Shown here: positions 1 to 13,566 of the stretch, piece by piece
How positions within the stretch are numbered: the stretch's first letter is position 1
Layout of the letters: every line of letters starts with the position of its first letter
Assembly: GCF_964355755.1 (NCBI RefSeq)
Contig: NC_092674.1
Location: 11,780,001-11,844,000, forward strand
DNA from: Antedon mediterranea
Taxonomy: Eukaryota > Animalia > Echinodermata
DNA: 64,000 nt
Reading direction: 5' to 3'
Made by a program: the position numbers and the translations under genes
The notes under the pieces: model-generated
The model's input: the letters and a program-made list of their open reading frames with translations, nothing else
The model's database searches: none
What the model was told of the DNA's origin: nothing

Positions 1-1104
1 GTTTTCCTTGATTTATCAAAAGCGTTTGATACAATCGATCATGATATATTATTAGATAAGTTAAGATTTTATGGTATAAGAGGAGTTCCGCTAAACTGGT
101 TCTCAAACTATCTTAAAAAAAGACTACAATACACATTAATTGTTAATACTGCATCTAGTAAAATGACAGTAAACACTGGAGTTCCTCAGGGATCCATATT
201 GGGTCCATTATTATTTCTTATATTCATTAATGATATTAGTCTAGCATGTAACCATGTAGACATGATTATGTATGCAGATGACACAAATGTGTTTTATAGT
301 CACAATGATGTTACTCAAGCTTTTGATACAATGAACCAGGAGTTATCTATACTTTCGGACTGGTTTATTGCTAACAAATTAACGCTAAATGTAAACAAAT
401 CAAAATATGTTATATTTAAGGCTAGAAATAAGTCAGCTGACACTACCTCACTAGAATTGAGGATGGGAAATGAATGTATAGTAAAAGCTACTGAAGTTAA
501 ATTTCTAGGCTTATTTCTGGATGAAACTTTATCGTTTAATTTTCATGTAAATGAGGTAGCAAACAGTATTTCTAGAATAATTGGTGTCTTAAACAAAGTG
601 AAGTCTATGTTATCAAGTAAAATCTTGTTAACGGTATACAATGCACTTATATTACCTAGAATAACGTATGCTATCACAGTATGGGGTGCTACTTCTGCTA
701 CAAACTTAAACCGTATACATATTCTCCAGAAAAAAGCACTTAGAAATATTTGTCATGTTCATTTTATGCATCCTTCTCATCCACTTTTTATTTCAACCCA
801 AACATTAAATATTTTTGACCTTTATACGAAACACACTGCTATATTTATGTATCAATATAAACATAATCTATTACCTGAATCATTTAATAACTTATTTAGT
901 ACATCTGCCTCATTCCATAATTACTCAACTAGAAACAGGTCAAACTACTGTCCACAACTAAAACGCACCAAAGTCGGACAGCAATGTATTTCCTACCAAG
1001 GAACACATATTTGGAACAATTTAACAGACTATATAAAACAATCCCCCACTTTAAGTTTGTTTAAACAGAGATTAAAGCAATATTATAACAATAGAAATAT
1101 TTAA
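1..1104 (+). CDS. Reverse transcriptase ORF2 of a CR1/L2-group LINE (5' end outside the window)
   Basis: The listed ORF 163..1104 extends upstream in frame, and the canonical non-LTR RT motifs are present. Confidence 0.88.
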   Translation, partial: VFLDLSKAFDTIDHDILLDKLRFYGIRGVPLNWFSNYLKKRLQYTLIVNTASSKMTVNTGVPQGSILGPLLFLIFINDISLACNHVDMIMYADDTNVFYSHNDVTQAFDTMNQELSILSDWFIANKLTLNVNKSKYVIFKARNKSADTTSLELRMGNECIVKATEVKFLGLFLDETLSFNFHVNEVANSISRIIGVLNKVKSMLSSKILLTVYNALILPRITYAITVWGATSATNLNRIHILQKKALRNICHVHFMHPSHPLFISTQTLNIFDLYTKHTAIFMYQYKHNLLPESFNNLFSTSASFHNYSTRNRSNYCPQLKRTKVGQQCISYQGTHIWNNLTDYIKQSPTLSLFKQRLKQYYNNRNI

Positions 1105-1302
1105 GTTAAGTAAATCACATTATGTTATTTTGGTTTGTTCTTTTTGTTTGTACTAATTGTTTGATCTTTTTGTTAGGGTTACATGCTTAAAGCACTTGTG
1201 CTTATTTTGTATCCCATTCCATTATCTTATTATTTGTATTGTATTTGTATATGTTTTTATTTTGATTATGGAATAAAAATGTCGATGAATTGAATTGAAT
1301 TG
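1..1302 (+). mobile_element. CR1/L2-group (Crack/Daphne-like) non-LTR retrotransposon, 3' part: RT, 3' UTR and (TGAAT)n tail
   Basis: The frame is open from the window start (VFLDLSKAFDTIDH) through GVPQGSILGPLLF, YADDT and KFLG to the stop at 1104. The 3' UTR ends in gaattgaattgaattg at about 1287-1302. Confidence 0.9.
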
Positions 1303-1700
1303 TTTCATTGCAGGACCATATTGAAAAAACAGATATTTTGTGATCTTTTATTTTCTGAATTATGTTATCCTGCCTAAATATGTTTTAATAAATAAATAAA
1401 TAATAGTCAACATCCGGATGTAATTTTCCATATATTACGAAAGGTTACGCAAAATAAAAGACATTGTCCTGTATGACTATACAGAGCTAAACAGATAAAC
1501 ACGTATGTATTAATCATAAATGAACTAAATGAATGCAACATCGCGACAGGAGAGTCTTGGGTTAATGCGCTCATCGGTTTCGGGATATTGTTGAACATCC
1601 ACGATAATTAACGTCAATTCTTAGAAATGAACGCACAGTCACCCCTGGTCTGGTGTATTCTGTGGCTAATATTGCGGATAATACAATGGTTAAATGTCTG

Positions 1701-1823
1701 TTATTAGTCGCGTACAAACGTAACTCTATAGCTTACTATGTCAGTCAGAATTGGTCGGTCGGTCGGTAAAAACCAACTAAAATTTGCGCACGCGACTGGG
1801 CCAGCCATATATATGGCCTTGTT
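1701..1823 (+). mobile_element. Short degenerate DINE-1/HINE-like (Helentron-associated) element
   Basis: It reads ttagtcgcgt...actctatag...(GGTC)n...atatggccttgtt, the same termini as the copies at 23961, 52477 and 63513. Confidence 0.5.
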
Positions 1824-2139
1824 ATTGATGATTAAAGGTACAGCTATTTTGTGTTCATAAAATTTGAATAATTTTTATTCTTTCTAATTTCATAACTCTA
1901 CATTTAATGACACATGTATAATACTATCTCACAGTCAAGATTATTATAATGTATACAGATTACTTGATTGTACGTTTCTGGTAATGTTCAACATAAAACT
2001 CGAAGAAAACTTTTTTTGGCGCACTATAAAATCAAATTCGAGAAGGCCTACAATATGCGTAGTAACACATTAATGAAACAAATAGAACAACTTTTGATAT
2101 TGAACACCATATTTTATTTTTATACTTATTTCCCTTTAA

Positions 2140-2455
2140 AGGTATATTATCCCCATGAAAAAATAAATGTTTTTGTTGAATATGCCATTTTAATGGCGCG
2201 TAATAGGTATTCACTTTGACCAAAAATCCATTGGATCGAAAAAAAAAAACCGCCAAAAAATTGTCATATTGACTGGAAGTCAATGGGTTTTTCGTTGAAT
2301 GTAATCGTTTATTTATCGTTTTATAAGTGCAAACATTCTTTCTTTTTATTGTTTTTTTCCTACGGAAGTGAATAACTTGATAAAACCGCGGAATGGCCCA
2401 TTCAAACTTTTTTAGATTAATCTTAATTGTTCATGTTTTTGGGGCCAATACATAT
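2140..2455. mobile_element. TTAA-flanked MITE (Kolobok-like)
   Basis: TTAA|aggtatattatcccc ... ggggccaatacatat|TTAA. The internal sequence is homologous to the copy at 46060-46404. Confidence 0.7.
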
Positions 2456-3479
2456 TTAATATGTCATGCAAAAGATTGTTCAAGGGTCATGGAATTTTGG
2501 CTAGAAATTATTGTATGAACCCTGTATTACATAAAATACGGCAACCTAGATCATGCAATAGTATATTGCTTAAAAATATATCTACTGTACAACAATTACA
2601 AAATCTTATCTGATAATTCAATAAGTGACGATTATCTTTCGCAGAAATAACTTACTAAATGTCATAATGTTGATCGTCAACAAAAAAATGAAGTTTCATT
2701 TTATGTAGGCCCAATTTTGTAGTTAAGGAATTTAGTCATAGGCGTACCATTTGAAACTGTTTTCTAACATCGGATGTTTATTATTTTGCATTAGGCCTAA
2801 TTTATTTTACTATTAGTATTTTTATATTTCAATTATCTGGTTGATAGTTGGTAGAGTAACTACAAATGAGGAGGATATATTTTTTCTAAGCCGGATCGAA
2901 GCTAACTTATTATAATCAGTAACAATCGTAACAGCAACGTTATATTTTATTATAGATTCTTTCATTCAGGCCTAAATTGCTATTTGACAAAGTTTAAACA
3001 TTTTAAACAGTTATTGTACTTGCGTCACTGTTTAATAAACACTGATTGTTATTAAATGCTTTTTAACTGCGTATTACTGACTGTCTACTCCCTGTCTTCA
3101 ATTATTAACCACAAATCAACAATATGTACGAAGCAATATGTAAAGAATTAAAACTGTATATACTCGATGATAAAAGGTAAGTTTTACTATCTTGACATTG
3201 CGCTTATCTATCAGGAACATCAGATGCAATATCAATTTGTGTTTATTGTGATTGGAATTATAATTTTATGCGACGAACACGAAACAAATCGTTCCCTCAA
3301 GACAGTGTTCAGTTATAAGAATAACATATTAATATTAAATCTACTTATATGATGTAATGCTGTAAAAGGTAATACTCGTGGCTGTAAAATCATAATTGTT
3401 AACTTCGTCTATTCGTCCGAAATTGTTCTATATTTTCATTATCAAAATCGTTTTCTCCATATACTTTAGTCTGGCTAGC

Positions 3480-6400
3480 ATTTTTATCAAAATTATTATT
3501 TGACAAAGCAAATATTAATGTTTATAATAACATTTGGAAAAGAAAATCTTGTAATAGTTTTGGAAAAACAAATAGCAGGGGTGTATCCATTCTATTTAAG
3601 CCAGGCTTAGATTTAGAAGATTTGAACATAAAATATGTTGACGCAGAATTCAGAATACTTATTGTAAGCTTTAAACACAAAAGTACTGTTTTAAATTTAA
3701 TTAATGTTTATACACAAAACAATTATAAAGAAAAAATTTTATTTTTCACAAAGCTTGAGAAGAAAATAAATTCTTTATGCAATGTAAAAAATCAGTATAT
3801 AGTAATGGGAGGAGATATGAACTGCATATTAGAACGTACTATTGACCAAAAAAACAGTGCAAATAATTTTGACAATTCACCAATTGTATTAAAAAATTGT
3901 ATGTATAAACACAACCTCATAGATATAGGGATAAATAATAATATTGGTAAATCTCAATATACATGGAGACGGAAAAATGTTTATAGAAGGCTAGATTTTT
4001 GGTGCATTTCAAACTCCATGTGCAAAAATGGTGAAATAGTTAGCACTGATATCAGACCACCTGCTATTTGTTCTTACCATCTAGCAATATCACTTAAAAT
4101 TCAGACAAATCAAGAAAAAAAGGGTCCTGGAATATGGAAACTTAATAATAGCTTATTAAATGATAAAGAATATGTTAATCAAATTACTAAGATAATAACA
4201 ATTTAAAAAAAATCATTATGATTTAAAGCTCAGGTACAGGCATGAATTTTAAATATAATATCGGGTTAATTGTACATAAATCAAATATTTGTAACAGAAA
4301 TCAAGATGAAAAACCATGAATTTCCCCTAATATGGTCAAATACAAAATTTTGCAAAATTCTGACAAAAAAACCAGGAAGACTTTTTTTCAGTAGTTAGGT
4401 AGTTAACATAATGTAATAACATGTCTGGTGACTCCCTAGAAGGTGAAAAAAGATGGTGGATATACGGTGGATAATTTTTGCTATAGCATGAAAATAAAAT
4501 TCTGAAGTTGAATAAAAATACCAGAAATGTAAAATTCAAGTTATATTACCTATATTTAGTCATCTGATAACATTTTTTACCACACCGTTTATTTTTCATA
4601 GCTTTTTGAAATGCCTCTCTATTTTCAAAATTTGTGTACAAAAGAATAGAGATTTTACTGTGTAATTTTAACTATCCCCCCACTGATATGAAAGTGCTAA
4701 TTTTCAAAAAGCTCCTGTAACACAAATAAAATCCCTAAAATTATGAAACATGGGGAAACTATAGATCGATAATTATTGGAATGTATGATCAATAGAAATT
4801 TTTTGCCCGCACCTGGCCTTTAAGTCCAGAATTACTTTGGGAGCACTTGAAAGTAAAAATAAAAGAGTTCTCAAGCAGATACGGAGCAAAAACAAAGCAT
4901 TTGAGAAATAGGGATAAAGAAAAATTGTTAAAATGAAATTTCAGACCTGACAAACAAACTAGAAACTAATTATGATGAGAAAACAGAGAGAATTTTAATT
5001 AATAAAGCAAAAGACATAGAGGATCGACATATATACATTAGAAGCAAAGGGTGCTCAAATAAGATCAAGAATAGAATGGTTTGAAAAGAGTGAAAAAATA
5101 CAATTTTTTTTATAGGTCTAGAAAAAAATAAAGCTAAAAAAAAAATGTATCACGGCAGTCCTAAAAAATAATGGTAAATACACTACCAATACTGATGAAA
5201 TTGTTCGTGAACAAGTACATTATTTTAAAAATTTATACAAAAAGAAAAACTCAAATGAATCACCTGAAACTTTAACTTCAGATATTCTAAATTATCTTAA
5301 TAAAACTAAGGTCAAAGTATTATCTGAAGAACAAAACAAGAAATGTGAAGGGACTATAAAAATAGAAGAATGTAAAAATGCCTTATATAAAATGAGACTT
5401 AATAAGGCTCCAGGCAGTGATGGCTTGTCATTAGAATTTTACCAAACATTTTGGAATTCCATTGACTCATTAGTTTGTGATGCCTTTAATTTTTCATTTA
5501 ATAATAGACAACTGTCAAATTCTCAAAGGAGAGGAGTAGTCTCCTTACTGTACAAAAATGGTAAAAAAGAAGACTTAAAAAATTGGAGACCAATAACTCT
5601 TCTTAATATAGATTACATGATTATGGCAAATGACATAATAAACACTGATCAAAAAGGTTATATTAAAGAAAGGTTTGCCGGTGAAAATATAAGGCTTGTT
5701 AAAGATGTACTAGAATACACAAATAAATTTAATAAAGAAGGTGCTATAATATTTTTAGATTTTGCTAAAGCGTTTGACAAAATAGATAGAATGTTTTTAA
5801 TCAAATCACTGAAAAGATTTGGTTTTGGTCAGGATCTAATACAATGGGTTAAGACTTTTTATTTCAATACTGAGTCAGTTACTACAATTAATGGATGGGT
5901 ATCAGGAAGTTTTAAGATGAATAATGGTATTAGACAAGGATGCCCTCTTTCGGCATTACTTTTCTGATAGCTGTAGAGCCAATGGCTATCAATATAAGAA
6001 ACATTATTCATTGTAAAGGTATTATACTGCCTGGCCTTCGAAAGGGTATAATGATGAACAGGAAGTAAAAATTGCTCAGTTAGCAGACGATACTATAATT
6101 TTTGTTAGGGATGAAATGAGTATTGAAGCTTGTTTAAATACAGTAGACTTGTTTTGTAAGGTTGCAGGAAAGTCACTTAACAAAATGAAAACAAACGGTA
6201 TGTGGATAGGATCTTCAAAAAACAACGTTCATAAACCTTTTGCAATACAATGGGTTGATGAGCCTGTCAAATTCTTAGGTGTTTTTGTTGGTTATGATAA
6301 AACAAAATGCCACAAAAAAAACTGGGTTGAAAAGGACAAAAAGTTAACAGTATTATTTTTAAGTTCATTTGGAATGGAAAAGAAGAAAAAATAAAAAGAG

Positions 6401-8150
6401 ATATTATGTTTCAAGAAATTAAACACGGAGGTATAAAACTAACTGATTTTAATGTAGTTGTAAAATCATTAAAATTAAACTGAATAAAACGGTTACTTAG
6501 CCCTGATCCAGGAAAGTGGAAGTGTATTCCATTATTCTATAAAGAAATTATATCAATGTGTACATAATATAATAATTGTTTTTACACTGAACCACAAGGT
6601 ATAGATGAAATTAATAAACAGATTTTGTGGGGCAACAAATATATTGTGCTAAACAATAAATCTTTATATAATCAAAACTGAATTGATTCTGGAATTACAC
6701 AAATTAGTGATATTGTTAATGAAAACACTTTAAAGTCTTCACAAGAAATTGTTGATAAACTTAAGACATCAAAAAACTGGATTGTTGAATATTTTTGTTT
6801 AAAACAAGCAATTCCCAGACATTTGAAAAACAAACTTTTTAATGTTAAAGATAATATTCAGGAAATAGAAGTGGAAAAATATGATTTATATGGCAAAAAC
6901 GCTTCAGTAAAAACTTTTTACAAACAATTTTTGGTGAATAAATCCAGTGAACCAAATGTTCAAACGAAATGGGAAAGAGATCTTAATTTAGAATTTTTAG
7001 ATTGGAATACAATATGGCATAGAAAATTCTATTGTATGAAGCACATAAGTAAAATTGTACAATTTAATTTTAAATTGTTGCATAGAATTTTATGTTGTAA
7101 AAAGAAACTTAAGTTTTGGAAGATCTATGATTCAGATAGGTGTGACAGATGTAAAATAGAAATAGAAGATGAAAGGCACATGCTAATTAACTGTGAAAAA
7201 ATGCATCCTTTTGGTATAATTTTAACAACATGTTAAACTCTTGTAACAAAGAAAATCAGGCATTTGTTGATTATTCTTGTTTTGAATATATTATTCTTGG
7301 TGTAGCCAATAATATTGTAAATGAGTTGTTATCAATTTTTACTTTTTGTATTTACAAGGCAAGTGTTCTTTTTCGAACAGAAAATAAAATTGTAAATGCA
7401 TGGTTTTTATTCACTAAAGAAATAAAAACGTTAAGAAAAATTGAATATGCAATTGATAATCTTGCGGCTAGAAAGAAATGGGAAAAATTAGATCATAATC
7501 GTCTAGAATGTTGTCTAAATAGATGAACAGTCAAATGTAAAATTATGAAACGATTGAAAAAATAAGGTATGCTATGAGAATGACACAAAAGATGCATAAT
7601 GCATATGTAGTATGTATATATATTTATATACAGTATATATGTTTAGGAGTATGTATTCATAGCCAAAGTTGTGATATCAATTAGTGGCTAGGTACAATAT
7701 TATTTATCTGTAATATAAATATACAACGTAAATTATATCTTATGAGTATAGAGTTATTAAAGGATATAGGCTATGTAAACTAAATGCATAAAAAATAATA
7801 AATAAAGGAGTATTAAACAATGTTAAAGTATTTATGAAATAAATATGTAATAGGAGAAGAATACAAACAAAGATTATATACTGTATAGATAATACAGAAA
7901 GTTTTTAAAAATAAGACATGTTGATAAATTATCTTATGAGTTAACATAAACATTTTGAAAAAAAATTCAAGCAGAAAATATATGTATGATGATACAAACA
8001 TAATTTTTTTTAATCAAATTATGTTTATGCTATAAAATATGTAAATGGAATAACATTAGTAGAAATGTATGTTGAACATAAAGTATGTATTTAGTTGAAA
8101 AATAAATTATGTATTTAGTTGGAAAATAAATTATGAATTAAAAAAAAAAG
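3480..8150 (+). mobile_element. Degenerate Tx1/L1-clade LINE (APE endonuclease, RT, C-terminal Cys/His domain) with frameshifts and stops
   Basis: APE motifs: GGDMN, YTW, RLDFW, KKGPGIWKLN. RT motifs: KAPGSDG, KNWRPITLLN, LDFAKAFD, GIRQGCPLS, QLADDT. C-terminal CDRC...EDERHMLINC. An AT-rich 3' UTR ends in an A run at about 8140-8149. Boundaries are approximate. Confidence 0.88.
4227..4819. mobile_element. TTAA-flanked MITE (Kolobok-like) inserted in the Tx1 LINE
   Basis: TTAA lies at 4223-4226 and 4820-4823, with imperfect TIRs agctcaggtacagggc / gcccgcacctggcct. Removing it restores the LINE frame HYDLSPELLWEHLKVKIKEFS. Confidence 0.8.
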
Positions 8151-9435
8151 AAGATAAATACTCTAAACATAATATGTTTAACTGTAAATAAACAAAAAAA
8201 GTTAAGTGTTAAAAGATAATAATGAAAAAGATGAACTCAAAAAGAACTGTACTGTAAAATTATTATATTATGTATTTATGGAATAAAAGTGGGATGAACC
8301 CACGTAAGACAAAACAAAAATTATCATTATTATTTTTGGTTTATTCATCAATATCAGAACCGTTATAATTATTGTCAACATTATTATCATAAGATCGGGG
8401 TGGGGAAGGCCCGGCTGCCCTCGACATTTTCAAAGGAAAATAATGTACAGAATATACCATTAGATGAAGGTCAGAACATTATCTTCAATAACATCTCTCT
8501 ATTCTGCCATTGACTATTCATCCTTCACAAACTTGGTCAACAATTTGATAAAAGTTTAATCGGCCTCTACCGAGACGATGGTTTGACGACATTCAAGAAT
8601 GTGTCATCCCGTAAAATTATTGAGATAAAAGCAGAGTTATATAAGATATTCAGTAATTTCGGATTAAAGATAACTACGGAATTGAGTAAGCAATCCGTAA
8701 ACTACTTGGACGTAACTTTTAATTTGCAGACTGGAAAATACCAACCATATAGAAAACCAGGCAACCCACTCATTTACATAAACATAGCCTCTAACCACCC
8801 TCCTGCGATATTAAAGCAGATCCCGGCAGGAGTTAATAAGCGTATAAGTCAATTATCAAGCGACGAAGAAACATTCGAAAACACCAAGTAACTATACAGC
8901 GAAGCACTTCGAACAAGCGGACACAAAGATAACTTATTCTACACCCACCACTCCGCATCCGGTATAAGAAGAAACAGAGGGAGAAACATAATATGGTTCA
9001 ACCCACCATTCAGTACGAACATTAAGACAAAATGTCGCATGAACCTTTTTACAATTAATTAAAAAACATTTTCCCAATGGACACGTATTACATAAAATAT
9101 TTAACAAGAACAATGTTAAAGTAAGCTATAGTTGTATGCCATGTGTAAAAAATGTAATTAACAAGCATAACCACAATGTACTGAATACAGAATGAGAAAG
9201 TGCGTGCAATTGCCGCAACAAACCCGAATGCCCCTTAAATGGTTCATGCCTAGCATCTGAAATTGTCTACTCCACCGACGTCATAAACAATAACGAAACT
9301 AAGACATATATTGTATGACGGGTGGGCAGTTTAAAACTAGGTTTAACAATCACAAGAAATCTTTCAAAAAAGAAACGTACAGTAAAGAATCCGAGCTCTC
9401 AAAGTACGTATGGTCTTGGAAAAGTAATGACGTAA

Positions 9436-12038
9436 TCTATATATAAATTTACGTAAGGGCAAAATTCGGTAAATCGCGCCTTACTTCTAGAATTTTTACT
9501 CGATGGTATATAAAGTTGGTTCGTACTTTCGGTACTGATTTTAACCACCTGATGTAACCCTGTTTACTAATTAAATTAAGTTAGATAATTAGTTATTGAC
9601 GATTAAAACGAATTTAGGTTCAACGATTTGCCCCAAATAGGGGTGTTTTCCGATCGTGGTATACACTGTCTAATGGATGTCCATCTTGAAAAATACCCGC
9701 CACAAAAATGCGAGGAGGCTTCGCATTTTCCTATCTCCTCCTACGATAATTGTTTTTAATAGCTGAAAACCGGTTGAACAGTTCGAGTACAGCATCATAA
9801 TGTTGAAGACAGGCCGATTTTCTTTAAAAAATACTATTTTGATACATTTAATATACGTTTTTACAAATGTATTGATTTGTGATGAATGGAACATTCCAAA
9901 TTATTTGGTTTAACCATACAGGTATAGATTTAGATTTATGGGCCCCCTTGGAGAATAAACATAAGTATTGCAATCTATATATAAATTATGGTTAATTCTG
10001 ACATAGGCGAGCACAATGCAAAAACTTCTCTACAAATCTCCGCCTTGGATACCTACCTTATCTATCCGAGATGTACCGCGAAACGTAGATTTGATAACAT
10101 TAGTGTGCACGCCGACGCTATTATTCCATATTTCTATCTTATGAAGATATTATAAAGAGTTTTTTAACAACATTTATGATTTCAACATTGGATTTTCCTC
10201 TCAATTTCTATTCTTCCCGGTCAAAGTAATTTCCGGGTTTAAGATAAGTTCACCTTAGTTTCAAATATTTTCTCTCTTTTATACACAAGGGAGCAGTTAA
10301 AATAATAGATTTGACCCTAAAGGTGACTGGAAACAGGCACTTTCCATCAATCAATACAGTGTCCCTTTGGAAGACGAAAAAAAAATTGGCCATTAATCAT
10401 AGCCATTTCAGTTTTTTGTTTATTTTAAAACATACCACACGTGTGTGAAGGTACAGTAGTTAAATAATAGGAATTATACTGCAAATTAATAAAGATCAAA
10501 TTAAATATACGCCATAAAGAATCAGAATATATTGTGGGGAATAGTATTATAAAATTACATAGGGAGATTTGATAAGACATTTTTCGAGTGAAATCCCGAT
10601 AGCTGAGTTTTATTGAGTAAGCTTGCAGGAATAACTGTAGGCTATCTTCCTGTGTCCCGTTAGGACCGAGATGTCTGCCCATGTTGCAAGCCGTAATGTC
10701 TTCTTTCTTGGGCCCACTCTGTCACGGCAGTTAGTTTCAAAAGATGATTAAATTAAATAATGTATTAATAATTATTAGGATGGTATTCATTTGAATAAAC
10801 GCCTCTCCAATAAAACATCACTTTGAATAATAACCCCCCCCCCCCACAACCCAACTATCTAATAAACGTCCATCCACATATTTATAATAACACAATTATA
10901 CTATTTGTAGTAGAATTCACCGCACTGTTATCTGCAATTTACCAAGCATTTGTTATTCTTTTTTACCACTTTTCATATCTATGAGAGGATTTCATTTGAT
11001 TATAAATGCTACCATATTATTAGAACTAAAAAATTTAACATATATCCCTCGAATAAGCACCTCCCTCAAATGACCTCCGCCTCCCCAAAGGGCCCTACCA
11101 AACAATAAAAACTATACTTTAAAATGTTATTAATCATCTAAAACACTGTGAAACAAAGTAGTTCAGTTTTACGAATGTCAAGCATTTTCAATAATGGTAA
11201 CCGACAGAAAATGTATAAGGAGAACATTATCATTCCGAGAACCATCGTCTACACTTCCTAGAGGGGGAGCGAGCGAAGCGAGCTCACCCTCTAGTGCTGT
11301 ACAATACTGTTAAGGTATTAACCACTTTTGATCGCAATTTGAATCGCCAATTTCTTACTGTGAGTGTTGGTACTGTTAGATGTAATATAAAAATATATAC
11401 AAATAAACTTTATTACTGTGAGTGTGGGTAGGCCCTACTGTTAGATTATAAACATATAATATACAAATAAATAAACGTTATTACTGACAGTTGCTTCTCA
11501 ACGTTTGTATTAATTAATAATTTAAAAATATATAAACGTCGTAGTGGTGTATCGTTACATGTACTTTACTATTTCAATTGACTATGACAGAGTTTTAACA
11601 AAGTACCGTATTAAATCGTAAATGTTTTACTGTATTTAGTGGTATATTATTTATAGGCCTATAAAACATTAAAAACAATATTTCGTTACTGAGTGGATAA
11701 GAATATATTTTAAAATGTTTCCTCTTTGTACCTATCTTCAACCCTCAACCCTTAATGTTACATACAAAACACAAATTGGGTTTGTTTAAATGAGTCCAAA
11801 TAAAAAAATTTGACTCATTTTGTTTCTCTCTCGGAAGTAATTCTCAGGGTGCTAATTTTGGTTGACTACATAAATCATTGTGTATATTTATTCGTTTCTG
11901 TAAACGACAATGTATTATAGTCCTGCGGTACGTACATTTGAAATCTCCATTTTTTTCTCGCTGGAAATACTGTGTATTCGAGAACCATCTGTGGGCACGA
12001 CCTAAATGGTACGCGAGCGAAGCGAGCGTGCCATCTAG
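9436..12038 (+). mobile_element. Non-autonomous Helitron, family A
   Basis: A|TCTATATATAAATTTACG ... GCGAGCGAAGCGAGCGTGCCATCTAG|T with no TSD. Excision restores the PLE codons aat gac gta atg ttt aca. Confidence 0.92.
9974..11294 (+). mobile_element. Non-autonomous Helitron, family B, nested in family A
   Basis: A|TCTATATATAAATTATGG ... CTAGAGGGGGAGCGAGCGAAGCGAGCTCACCCTCTAG|T. The empty site matches the uninterrupted family A copy near 35495-35520. Confidence 0.85.
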
Positions 12039-12273
12039 TGTTTACAATTAAATGGAAAGTGATTAAATATTCCTCCACTAAGAACGCCGCTTATGGGCGT
12101 TGTAGTCTTTGTCTAGATGAAAAGCTATGTATTCTAAATGCAAACAAAACAAATTTGTTAAACAAAAGGTCTGAACTGATTTAAAAATTTCGTCATAACA
12201 AGAAAATGTACATACCACATGACTAAAGCCTTATAACACCTCGAGATACGGTATTGTTATACGGTATTGTTCA

Positions 12274-12316
12274 GTCTATCTGAAGATCGTTTAACGTGAA
12301 ACACCGTGTAATAGAC
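12274..12316 (+). ncRNA. Minimal type I hammerhead ribozyme (CUGAAGA core) in a PLE 3' region
   Basis: GTCTAT-CTGAAGA-TCGTTTAACGT-GAAA-CACCGTG-TA-ATAGAC: a 6-bp helix I, short helices II and III, and a GUA cleavage triplet. Confidence 0.8.
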
Positions 12317-12471
12317 GCCCGTGTTTCTATCTAATTCATAAATATACATATATATATAATAAACAAATCAGGCAAAGAACATTAATTCTAAACCGCCCGG
12401 TGATATACTGAAATTTAATTAAGTAATTTGAAACGATAAAGATGAGGAAATCTGTGAGAATGAGAAAAAGT

Positions 12472-12543
12472 CGCCCCAACCGAGACTCGAACTCGGACCG
12501 CCTGCTTGATATGCAGATGTTCTAACCATTAGACCACAGGGGC
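12472..12543 (-). tRNA. tRNA-like cloverleaf, anticodon ATC (repeat-borne, probably non-translational)
   Basis: 72-nt cloverleaf with A and B boxes followed by TTTTT; one acceptor-stem mismatch. Confidence 0.6.
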
Positions 12544-12836
12544 TTTCATGGTATTGTTCGAACTCGATTGGATAGCGACTCTTTAACATTCTCGGCGTGG
12601 TACGGCGGAACAGCACTAGTCCTCAGTTGTACGCACGCGCACCAGAGATCAAATTGATAAGCCCTCATCTTACAGTATTTTTATTCCCGAGGCGGGATCT
12701 CCGAAGAGATACTTTTTATATATATAAACAAATCAGGCAAAGAACATTAATTCTAAACCGCCCGGTGATGTACTGAAATTTAATTAATTAATTTAAAACG
12801 ATAAAGATGAGGAAATCTGTGAGAATGAGAAAAATT

Positions 12837-12908
12837 CGACCCAACCGAGACTCGAACTCGGACCGCCTGCTTGATATGCAGATGTTCTAACCATTAGACC
12901 ACTGGGGC
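12837..12908 (-). tRNA. tRNA-like cloverleaf, anticodon ATC
   Basis: Copy of the same core with two substitutions. Confidence 0.55.
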
Positions 12909-13201
12909 TTTTATGGTATTGTTCGAACTCAATTGGATAGCGACTCTTTAACATTCTTGGCGTGGTACGGCGGAACAGCACTAGTCCTCAGTTGTACGCA
13001 TGCGCACCAGAAATCAAATTGATAAGCCCTCATCTTACAGTATTTTTATTCCCGAGGCGGGATCTCCGAAGAGATACTTTTTATATATATAAACAAATCA
13101 GGCAAAGAACATTAATTCTAAACCGCCCGGTGATATACTGAAATTTAATTAATTAATTTGAAACGATAAAGATGAGGAAATCTGTGAGAATGAGAAAAAT
13201 T

Positions 13202-13273
13202 CGACCCAACCGAGACTCGAACTCAGACCGCCTGCTTGATATGCAGATGTGCTAATCATTAGACCACTGCGGT
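13202..13273 (-). pseudogene. Degenerate tRNA-like copy, anticodon ATC
   Basis: Several stem-breaking substitutions relative to the consensus. Confidence 0.55.
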
Positions 13274-13566
13274 TTTCATGGTATTGTTTGAACTCGATTG
13301 GATAGTGACTCTTTAACATTCTCGGCGTGGTACGGCGGAACAGCACTAGTTCTCAGTTGTACGCACGCGCACCAAAGATCAAATTGATACGCCCTCATCT
13401 TACAGTATTTTTATTCCCGAGGCGGGATCTCCGAAGAGATACTTTTTATATATATAAACAAATCAGGCAAAAAAAATTAATTCTAAACCGCCCGGTGATA
13501 TACTGAAATTTAATTAATTAATTTGAAACGATAAAGATGAGGAAATCTGTGAGAATGAGAAAAAGT

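Larger units (their letters stand above)
8525..12345 (+). mobile_element. Degenerate 5'-truncated Penelope-like element (probably Hydra clade), split by a Helitron
   Basis: Motifs GLYRDDGL, VNYLDVTF, SNHPP, RNIIWFNPPFS, CNCRNKPECPL and ELSKYVW. It resumes after 12038 as MFTIKWKVI...RCSLCLDEK...LLNKRSEL, followed by a 3' hammerhead and a (TA)n end. Confidence 0.9.

Noticed and set aside
9545-9570. CTGATG motif in Helitron family A as a hammerhead core
   Set aside because: It reads CTGATGT with no helix II or GAAA.
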